Source: a virus (taxonomy: Duplodnaviria; Caudoviricetes). From it: 64,000 bases of DNA. The notes beneath the pieces were generated by a model. That model made no database searches. It worked only from the letters and a program-made list of their open reading frames with translations, and had not been told where the DNA came from. Location of the stretch: positions 32,001 through 96,000 of the IMG/VR virus record IMGVR_UViG_3300025924_000017; one strand, 5' to 3'. Positions 27,117 to 34,458 of this stretch are shown here, one piece after another (position 1 is the stretch's first letter; each line of letters opens with the position of its first letter). A program made the position numbers and the translations under genes.

Positions 27117-27284
27117 ATGAAGTATGATTTTCGGACAGCCGACAACGCCGCTAAGCCCCACGTCGCTGTTGTGGAAGTGGAGAGCGGCGAGACGGCTGCA
27201 ATTGTCTACATCAAAGACGGGAAAGTTGATGACGCTGAACGTCTGGCCGAGCTTTGCGTGGGGGTGTTCAATGCCCTACCATGA
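27117..27284 (+). CDS. small hypothetical protein
   Basis: leader-preceded ATG. Confidence 0.75.
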   Translation: MKYDFRTADNAAKPHVAVVEVESGETAAIVYIKDGKVDDAERLAELCVGVFNALP

Positions 27285-27429
27285 CGGCGAAGTCCTCGGC
27301 CTCGACGCTGACGGTTGTGTGATCCAGTGGGACGCCGACCGGGGCGCGGCCTACAATTCCGGCGAGACGCTGGAAGAGTTCGGCGCGGACAATCTGCGCG
27401 CCCACGAACGCGGGAGGCTGGGCCTATGA
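27271..27429 (+). CDS. small hypothetical protein
   Basis: MPYHDGEVLGLDADG... Confidence 0.65.
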   Translation: MPYHDGEVLGLDADGCVIQWDADRGAAYNSGETLEEFGADNLRAHERGRLGL

Positions 27430-27632
27430 GCAGTTGGATTTATCGCGTCGAGCTAAACGCACGCAAGGCCGGGGACATCGGCACGTTCACGCGCTGCACG
27501 TTCGATGTTATCGCCGAGCAGGCGCGCGGCGCGGATGGAGCGTACACCCGGGCCATCGCAAAGGCCACCGCGCACGGCTACGAAACACGCGGCGCAAATA
27601 GCGCTGTGCGTATGAGCGAGGTACACGCATGA
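27426..27632 (+). CDS. hypothetical protein
   Basis: ATGA coupling. Confidence 0.65.
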   Translation: MSSWIYRVELNARKAGDIGTFTRCTFDVIAEQARGADGAYTRAIAKATAHGYETRGANSAVRMSEVHA

Positions 27633-27805
27633 GCGAAGACGCGATCAGCGGCAAAGACATCCGCGAGTTCCGGCTCTACTTGAAGCAATGCACCGACCGG
27701 CAGGTTGAGGGCGTGTTCGAGCGTGAGAAGGCCGCAGGCCGGGAGACGTATATGGAACTTGCCCGCGCCGAGGCCGAGCACCGGGGCATTACCATCTGGG
27801 GCTGA
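27629..27805 (+). CDS. hypothetical protein (58 aa)
   Basis: ATGA coupling; MSEDAISGKDIREFRLYL... Confidence 0.65.
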   Translation: MSEDAISGKDIREFRLYLKQCTDRQVEGVFEREKAAGRETYMELARAEAEHRGITIWG

Positions 27806-27907
27806 CCACCATGTCATAAAATCCCCCAACTGTGACATGCCGAGTCAACGATTCCAACAGCTTAGGCCCTGCCTGTCACGTTTCACGAAACCTAGGAAAG
27901 GAAACCC

Positions 27908-28048
27908 ATGCATTCAGGCCATCACCGCCACCACGGCGGACATCATGGCGGGCACCACCTCGGCGCGCTCGCCTTCCTCGCCCTGCTTCCCGGCTATCGC
28001 TTCTTTTTGATGCTCGCCTTAGTCGTGGTCCTGTGCGGCGGCACCTGA
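27908..28048 (+). CDS. His-rich single-TM microprotein (paralogue 2)
   Basis: MHSGHHRHHGGHHGGHHLGALAFLALLPGYRFFLMLALVVVLCGGT; RBS aggaaagg. Confidence 0.75.
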   Translation: MHSGHHRHHGGHHGGHHLGALAFLALLPGYRFFLMLALVVVLCGGT

Positions 28049-28141
28049 TACTGTCATTCAAGGGTTGACAATTGACCCCGGCCGTGCGATAAGCCTTGCA
28101 ACGTCGGGATGACCCGGCGACAATCCAAACCGGAGTCGCAA

Positions 28142-28738
28142 ATGGCAAAAGAACAGTTCGCATTGCTCGCCGTGAATGAAACGGACAATTGGGACCAGTC
28201 CATTCTGGACAAGCACGGCTTTGAAGCCGCGTTCGGCGTCTACTTGATCCGCCTCGGCGAGGCCACGCATTGTTGCAGCCTCACCGCGTCAACGTGGGCC
28301 GAGTTTTACGAGAACGCCTTCATTTACGATCACGAAGACGCGGCGGCCGACAAAGCGGCGGAAGACCTCGCCCACGAGAACGGCGGCGAGTTCGGGCGCT
28401 ATCTCACCTACGTCGATCCTGACCAGAAGAGCCGCTACCTCGGCGCGGCGATCACGGTCGAAGTGGACGCGGATGAATTCGAAGGCGGCAAGAAATCCGA
28501 CGCCTATCACGAGGCAATCTGGACGGAAGCCCGCGAGGCCGCAGCCACCGGCGCGATCAGCGAACCGGCGATCCTGTGGAGCGAGGAATACTACGCCCAG
28601 CAGGAAGAGTACGCCGCCAAGCGACGCGCAGAGAACCGCAGGCCCTTGGCGCGCCCGATCCTGCCGTTGTTCTTCGCCGCCGCCCAGCGCGACGGATTCG
28701 CCACGTACGAAGGCGCAATCGAGCACGGCTGGCTTTGA
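28142..28738 (+). CDS. acidic hypothetical protein
   Basis: TTGACA/GCGATAAG promoter plus leader. Confidence 0.85.
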   Translation: MAKEQFALLAVNETDNWDQSILDKHGFEAAFGVYLIRLGEATHCCSLTASTWAEFYENAFIYDHEDAAADKAAEDLAHENGGEFGRYLTYVDPDQKSRYLGAAITVEVDADEFEGGKKSDAYHEAIWTEAREAAATGAISEPAILWSEEYYAQQEEYAAKRRAENRRPLARPILPLFFAAAQRDGFATYEGAIEHGWL

Positions 28739-29001
28739 TCCTGCGCGTGCCCTGCCACGGGCCACGCAGTACACCGGCCCGGCGCTGCCTGTCACGGCAC
28801 GCCGGGCCGGAGCATTTTGGGCGCATTATTTTGTCCTAAAGGTGTTGACAATTGGATTCCGCCCGGCTATAACACCGCCATGCCTCGCGGCGACAGAGCA
28901 GGACCTCTGGAAGGCGCGGCGCGAAGTCCTCCCGGGAAAGCCCGCCAGACGCGGGATCGCAGGGAGGCCGGGACACGCGGACCCGCCGATCTGCGCCGAG
29001 C

Positions 29002-29058
29002 CTACCTTGCGCGATATCGTGCGCTACCGTGCGCACTACCTTGCGCGCTACCGTTCGC
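29002..29058 (+). repeat. CTACCKYGCGC array (5 copies)
   Basis: starts 29002, 29014, 29024, 29036, 29048. Confidence 0.8.
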
Positions 29059-29238
29059 TGGCACGATCTGGGGCGCGCGCCGTCCGGCGCGGCCTGTGCC
29101 CGCGTTTACCAGTTGGAAGGATTGGTTAACGCCGCCTCGGAGTCCGCGTTAACCAATTGCGGCTATTGGTTAAGACCATCGCAAATTTTGTTAACCATAG
29201 GGCGTGCCGATCTGGCACGCCCACGATCTGCCGCGTGG

Positions 29239-29691
29239 CTAGGCGCTCTCCTCCTTTCGAGCCTTGACGCGCACGTAGGGCTTCTCCTCGTAGTGATCGA
29301 TCTTCTCGCCGGAGGGAAGGTCCCACGGCATGAGCATGAAGGTCACGCCAAAGGGATGGAATTCCGCGTTCTGGGGCGACAGGTTTTCAGCCTTCATGTA
29401 ACTGGCGATGTACCAGTCGCGCGCGTCACCCTCGAACGTGAAGCAGGTCTTGTTGGAGCGCAGACGATACGCAGGCAACGCGCCCACCAGATAGATGGCA
29501 TGATCCGTATAGGTGTCACCAGCCTTGAACTGCCCACGGCGCACGCCGTCCATCTCTGCCGTGTAGGTGTTCGTGCGATCATACTCCGCACCTTCGTAAG
29601 TCACACCACTGATCGTGACGGACACGGGCTTGATGTTGGAGAGATGGCCGAGGGATGCGAGGTAGGCCACGACGTTTGCGGAAACAGACAT
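29239..29691 (-). CDS. hypothetical protein
   Basis: leader-preceded ATG. Confidence 0.85.
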   Translation of the reverse strand: MSVSANVVAYLASLGHLSNIKPVSVTISGVTYEGAEYDRTNTYTAEMDGVRRGQFKAGDTYTDHAIYLVGALPAYRLRSNKTCFTFEGDARDWYIASYMKAENLSPQNAEFHPFGVTFMLMPWDLPSGEKIDHYEEKPYVRVKARKEESA

Positions 29692-29802
29692 TTGCGACTC
29701 CGTTGTTGTGCGCACTTTATGGCATGCCTTGTTTTGTCTGTCAAGGGTTGACATATAGAATTCTTCGCGCTATAACGGCAGCACAAACAAACGGAGTCGC
29801 AA
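29692..29802. promoter_or_regulatory. divergent sigma70 promoter pair
   Basis: ttgttttgtctgtcaagggTTGACA; GCTATAAC (+), GCCATAAA (-). Confidence 0.85.
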
Positions 29803-30198
29803 ATGATCTCACACGCAGACGTTCTCAAAATCGACCGCGCCATCTCCGGCAAGCTGGTCGAGCTTGCCATCGCCAAAGGCTACAGCCTGACCGTCCGCAC
29901 GAACGACGACGACGCGCACAACGTCATCAAGTCGCGCGATCCGAAGGTGATCCTCGACGAACTTCATTCCGTGGACGACGAGCGCCTCTATGTGCACGAT
30001 GCAAACGGAAAGCGCCTCGGCTGGATTTACTTCGTGTTCGGCGAATCCGGCTGGGACGTGATCTGCGATCACACCACAGGCCGGGCGATCACGGAACTGG
30101 TGGACACAGGCCCGATCAAGGCGATCTCGGATGGTATCTGCGAGAACCCGGAGAACTGGAGCGCGATACTCGCGCAGAACGGCGCGGCAGTCGGCTGA
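29803..30198 (+). CDS. hypothetical protein (GWIYFVFGESGWDVICD family)
   Basis: leader-preceded ATG. Confidence 0.85.
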   Translation: MISHADVLKIDRAISGKLVELAIAKGYSLTVRTNDDDAHNVIKSRDPKVILDELHSVDDERLYVHDANGKRLGWIYFVFGESGWDVICDHTTGRAITELVDTGPIKAISDGICENPENWSAILAQNGAAVG

Positions 30199-30200
30199 GC

Positions 30201-30267
30201 CTACGGCGCGCTACCGTTCGCTGGCGCGCTTCCTACCGTGCGCGCTACCTTGCGCTCTACCGTTCGC
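30201..30267 (+). repeat. CTACC array (5 copies)
   Basis: starts 30201, 30211, 30233, 30245, 30257. Confidence 0.8.
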
Positions 30268-30480
30268 TGGCGCGATCTGGGGCGCTGGCGCGCGCCAGCC
30301 CGGCGGCGGCGGTATGGTTAACGAAAATCGCCCCGGCGTTAACCAATTCAGTGTATTGGTTAACGCGCCGTTAACCACGTCGGCGCCCTGTCCCGATCTG
30401 GCACAAACGCGTCGAGGCGCAAGCGGCTGAGCCGCTTGCGCCTCGCGTAGGGTTTGGAGTGCGGCGCCGCGCCGCGCGGA

Positions 30481-30693
30481 CTAGTGGGCCGTCATACTCG
30501 GATCGAGTCGGACGCGTTCCAGTGTAACGAGTGCGCCTGACTCGGACTCGGCGATGAGTGCCAAGCATTGCCCGGCCATGAGTGCGGCGCGCGCATGCTT
30601 GAAATTGTCGCGCGCGTCGCCCGCCGCGCTATCGCCCGTGAAAGGGGTTGTAACCCGCTCGCGTCCCTCAGAAAGTTCAACGTGATATTTCAT
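30481..30693 (-). CDS. hypothetical protein
   Basis: leader-preceded ATG. Confidence 0.75.
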   Translation of the reverse strand: MKYHVELSEGRERVTTPFTGDSAAGDARDNFKHARAALMAGQCLALIAESESGALVTLERVRLDPSMTAH

Positions 30694-30946
30694 TTGCGAC
30701 TCCGTTTGCCTGTCGCGCGACTATCGCCGCGACACGTGAAAGCTAAGCCCGGCATTGTCGCAAGTCAAGGCATTAGAGTCGTAATTCGCGACATTCTTTC
30801 CAAGCGGTAAAAGCCCGCTCCCTTAACCCGGCATTATCCGACAATTGCGCACCACAATTATTTTGTCTTTAGACCGTTGACAATTCAAACAAGGGGATTA
30901 GATTGATGGTCACGGCGTTAGGCCGGAATGACAAACGGAGTCGCAA

Positions 30947-31078
30947 ATGAAAATCGCATTTTTCTCCATCGCCCTGTTTATCAGCTTTCAAGCTGGGGTT
31001 TCCTCGTATGTCGCGGACAAGGTTGGCGCGGAAATTACGCGCGACTTCGCGCCGCTCAATGCTATCTTCCAGCACTAA
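30947..31078 (+). CDS. small signal-peptide/membrane protein
   Basis: leader-preceded MKIAFFSIALFISFQAG... Confidence 0.7.
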   Translation: MKIAFFSIALFISFQAGVSSYVADKVGAEITRDFAPLNAIFQH

Positions 31079-31088
31079 GGGGGACACA

Positions 31089-31478
31089 ATGCGTAACGCT
31101 TATCTGACATTCCCGAATCAGTCGAATGACGGAATCTCCTTTACGAAACCTGAGGGACGATTCGGCAATCTCAAGGCGCGCCTTGAGAAAAGCCTTGTCC
31201 GCGCATTTGGCGGATTCACCGCAACCCGCGCGGATGGGGCTTGGCACGATGTCGAGACTGACATCGTGCATGCCGAGTCCGTGACGGTCTATAAAATCGC
31301 GGGCGATTGGAGCACGGAAAACGAGTCCAAGCTTCGCGGTATCGCGGCGCGCTATTGCGCACTCGGCGAGCAAATTTGCGTGCTGGTCGAATTCGCCAAC
31401 GGCGAGTCGGAATTCATTTCGCCGGAGGCTGATCTAGCTGCAACGCTTGGCAGCGCGCGCGCCTTGTTGGCGGCTTAG
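31089..31478 (+). CDS. hypothetical protein (FGGFT..ADGAW motif, DUF3574/PII-like?)
   Basis: RBS ggggga upstream of ATG. Confidence 0.7.
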   Translation: MRNAYLTFPNQSNDGISFTKPEGRFGNLKARLEKSLVRAFGGFTATRADGAWHDVETDIVHAESVTVYKIAGDWSTENESKLRGIAARYCALGEQICVLVEFANGESEFISPEADLAATLGSARALLAA

Positions 31479-31533
31479 TCGAAACCAAGGCGCGCCGCAT
31501 AGTGCGGCGCGCCGCAACCCTACGGAGTCGCAA

Positions 31534-31677
31534 ATGTCCAGTTATCTGACCCTTGAGCCGCGCCCAATCCTGAAAGCCTTGGCGCACTATGCGGCGAATA
31601 CGCGTGCAAGCGAAGTTGCGCGATTGGAGCGAGTCGCAAAGCTTGCGGCGCGCTATTGCGCCAAAGGCGCGGACTAA
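31534..31677 (+). CDS. small hypothetical protein
   Basis: leader-preceded ATG. Confidence 0.7.
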   Translation: MSSYLTLEPRPILKALAHYAANTRASEVARLERVAKLAARYCAKGAD

Positions 31678-31812
31678 GCCCGCGTTAGTGTCCTGTTTAC
31701 CGAGTCGCGCATGCGGTAAATTATTTTGTCTTGCATGCGTTGACATTTGGAAAGCCCGGGCTTAGCTTTCGTGTGTCGCGGCGATTGTGTCGCGCAAATT
31801 TTGGAGTCGCAA

Positions 31813-32160
31813 ATGTCCAAGCCTTCTGATGCCAAAGATAACAGAGTCCGCGAATTGGCACGCGTGCGGGATATGCTGGCTGATGCCGCAAGCTTCGCTT
31901 CAACGGCTGACGCCGTGCTAGTCGAAGTTGCGGCCAAAGGGGTCAAGCATGCGTTGCAATGGACCAAGGGGACACGCGTTACGGACCAAAGGCTAGTCCG
32001 CGATTATGCCCGCGTTCTCGACGTCTCAACGCATGGCAAGCGGACTCCGCTTACGCTCGCCTTGCGCGCCTTTGGTCAAGCCTTGGACAATTTCGCGCGG
32101 ACTGATTACGCGGCTGCGCAATCCGACCTTGCCATGACAGAACGTCTCCTGAAACCCTGA
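31813..32160 (+). CDS. hypothetical protein
   Basis: promoter core ~31719 plus leader. Confidence 0.8.
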   Translation: MSKPSDAKDNRVRELARVRDMLADAASFASTADAVLVEVAAKGVKHALQWTKGTRVTDQRLVRDYARVLDVSTHGKRTPLTLALRAFGQALDNFARTDYAAAQSDLAMTERLLKP

Positions 32161-32181
32161 GGCGCAAGGCGCGGCACAAAC

Positions 32182-32213
32182 AAGGCGCGGCGATATCGCC
32201 GCGCCTTTTTGCT
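32182..32213 (+). terminator. intrinsic terminator
   Basis: aaggcgcggcg-atat-cgccgcgcctt followed by ttt. Confidence 0.75.
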
Positions 32214-32447
32214 TTAGAGCCGCTAGGAACGTTCCAGAGAGGCGCGCCGCAATCGGCCGCCACGATAGGACGCGCGCCGCTTGCGCCTGTCAGTGACGCG
32301 CTAATGAGGCGCGCCGCATGCGATAACCCAACGTTCACTATTCGCGACACTGGCAAAAATAAATGGCACGCGAGTGTTGACAATACAGATTGCGGGTTTA
32401 GATTGATGGTCACGCGGCGATTGCCGCGCCAACAAACGGAGTCGCAA

Positions 32448-32675
32448 ATGCAAAAATTCATTCCCGCTAATCCGAATGCAAACGCTTTCGACGCGCGCGA
32501 CGTCGCGCGCGAAAATGCGGACTTTGGCGAGTCGATTGATCGCGGGCTCGACGCGATCCGCGCGGGCTTGGTCCGCGCCCAAACGGCAGGCATGGCGCGC
32601 CGCTGGGAACTCGCAATGGCAGCGGCCGTAGGTATCGCGGCGTTTGCCCTTCTGTCCCATTACGGGATTGTCTAA
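32448..32675 (+). CDS. hypothetical protein with C-terminal TM
   Basis: leader-preceded ATG. Confidence 0.75.
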   Translation: MQKFIPANPNANAFDARDVARENADFGESIDRGLDAIRAGLVRAQTAGMARRWELAMAAAVGIAAFALLSHYGIV

Positions 32676-32902
32676 GGGTTAACGCCGTCCCAAAAAGAGA
32701 CAACGAGGGGACCCAAGGGGGCACCCCGTTGTCTCATTTTTGGACGGCCGCGTCCGGTGCGTACGGATCGCGCAGTATTTTTGAAATCATCCGCCTACGG
32801 ACATTCAGAGCCGACCCGGCAGAAAAAAAAAAACGAGGGCAGGGGACCCGGCCCCACCCCCGTTGTTCGCGTACCCCTCCGAAAAGACACTCTTCGGACG
32901 AT

Positions 32903-33184
32903 TCAATTTTTATCGCGCGGCAGGTCCTCGTTGAAGCTCTGCCCGCGCTCGATCCAGTAGACCAACTTGTCCACCATCGCACCCGAATGCCTGAGCGTCT
33001 TCGCGACGCTGGTGAGCATCCTTTTGTCCATGCGCACAAAGCCGTCCTTCGATCTCGCCACCTCGCCTTCGAGAGAAGCCGCCATGCGGATCAGAAGCGC
33101 CGCACCCTCCATGATCTGGATCGCCGAGACGTTGACGTCGGATACGGCGTCGTTGCGTAGACGCGGTGGAATTCTCTTTTTCAT
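32903..33184 (-). CDS. hypothetical protein
   Basis: ATGA-coupled to the upstream protease. Confidence 0.65.
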   Translation of the reverse strand: MKKRIPPRLRNDAVSDVNVSAIQIMEGAALLIRMAASLEGEVARSKDGFVRMDKRMLTSVAKTLRHSGAMVDKLVYWIERGQSFNEDLPRDKN

Positions 33185-33945
33185 GGCTTGCGGTCCAGAC
33201 GGAAGTCTTCCATCACGGCATCGCCGTCCATGATCACATAGCCGGGCGCGGGCGTGGCCTTGCGGGAGCCGTCGAGCGGGATCGTCGCTCCGCGCTTGAT
33301 GGTGTCGGCGGGATAGACGTAGAGCGGGTGCGGATTGCCCAGCGTACCGACGCTCGCCTCGACCCAGCCCGCGTCGGCCGTGTCGATCAGAAGCGTCGCA
33401 TGCCCGGCCCACGATCCGTCTTCCTTCTTGACCCACATCAACTGGAGCTTCATCTCGGCGCCGTCCTGACCCCGCGCTGCCAGCAACTCGCTCAACGTCA
33501 GCGCGTAGTCCTCGCAGTCACCGCAGACCGTCCAGTTGCGCCAATGGTCTTCGAAACCGGCGGTCGCCCAGTCCGAGCGGTACTTGAACTGGTAGCGCAG
33601 ATAGAAATCGACCTGCCACGCCTCCTCGACCGTCAGCTTCTTGCCGGTCGTATGCCCGGCGCAGATCACCGCCGCCGGTGTTCGCCGACACAGATCGGGG
33701 AACGCATCGAATGCGAGCAGCAGCGGCTCGTGATCCTGCGTGGCGTCCGCTTCGGCTTTTTCGTTGCGCTTGGTCCACTCCACCGGTGGGGCAACTTCGT
33801 TGGGACAGTCGCTAAATCCCCACATCGTCTCGAACGGCAGGTGCAGGGGATTGGTGACGTCGTTGGGTGATGCCGAGGTCGGGACGCCGAGGAGCGTGCC
33901 GCCAATGGTGAGCGCGACGAGCGCGCGGGTGAGCCACGTTGTCAT
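33181..33945 (-). CDS. secreted transglutaminase-like cysteine protease (BTLCP / C93, LapG-like)
   Basis: signal peptide; GDCEDYAL (Cys), GHATLLIDT (His). Confidence 0.8.
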   Translation of the reverse strand: MTTWLTRALVALTIGGTLLGVPTSASPNDVTNPLHLPFETMWGFSDCPNEVAPPVEWTKRNEKAEADATQDHEPLLLAFDAFPDLCRRTPAAVICAGHTTGKKLTVEEAWQVDFYLRYQFKYRSDWATAGFEDHWRNWTVCGDCEDYALTLSELLAARGQDGAEMKLQLMWVKKEDGSWAGHATLLIDTADAGWVEASVGTLGNPHPLYVYPADTIKRGATIPLDGSRKATPAPGYVIMDGDAVMEDFRLDRKP

Positions 33946-34458
33946 GATTGTCGTGAATCGTGACACACAATGTCACGATTGACAACAATTAAAGGCGGCG
34001 CAGGACATAAAAGCAAAACCCCGTCTCGGCGGTGTTGACCGGGACGGGGTTCGCTACAAGCGCCGCAGGGTTGGGGGAAGAGCGGCGCGGGGTGATACAG
34101 TGAAAAAGTCTTATCTACAGGGAGTTTTTCAAGAGGGGGTCTAGCGGTTCAGGAAGGCACGCTCTCCATCGTTGGGTTGATGTCCGTGTTGATGAGAGGA
34201 CCCTAGGGGCACGTCGGGCGTCGGTCAAGCACAAAGTTATGAATGACGACATAAATCGTCGCTGCGCCGCAATATGTGACTCGCCTCCGCACCCGGTACG
34301 CCGGAATGCCATAATTCTTGACACTTTCCCCGATACATGAGATGCCAATGTCTCACGTTGTGCCGTCGCTTTGTTCGTCGCCGCAACGTTCTTTCGTCTG
34401 TGACAACTCCAAGGCGGCGCGCGGTCAAAAACGCGTTCCGCCTCCTTTCCCAAAGCCG

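Larger units (their letters stand above)
14556..30364. repeat. family of 17 27-bp palindromes GTTAACCAAT-N7-ATTGGTTAAC
   Basis: starts at 14556, 14616, 14659, 15430, 15479, 15524, 17941, 19417, 20749, 22244, 23836, 25029, 25655, 26754, 29104, 29148, 30338. Confidence 0.9.
16967..32450. promoter_or_regulatory. conserved leader/RBS (C)GGAGTCGCAAATG, 25 copies
   Basis: + strand before starts at 17092, 17291, 18775 (GTG), 20303, 21725, 23069, 24064, 25142, 26292, 27117, 28142, 29803, 30947, 31534, 31813, 32448; - strand before 16969, 18649, 20187, 21491, 22947, 26175, 26994, 29691, 30693. Confidence 0.95.

Noticed and set aside
28142-28738. Acidic early proteins (also 20818..21234) as Ocr/ArdA DNA mimics
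   Set aside because: Acidity alone is insufficient and I recognise no ArdA/Ocr motifs. A structure prediction would be needed.
14556-30364. 27-bp palindromes as a CRISPR array or integron attC sites
   Set aside because: Spacing is irregular (tens of bp to kb, containing genes) and no cas or integrase gene is visible. The arm order is GTT...AAC, not the attC RYYYAAC...GTTRRRY.
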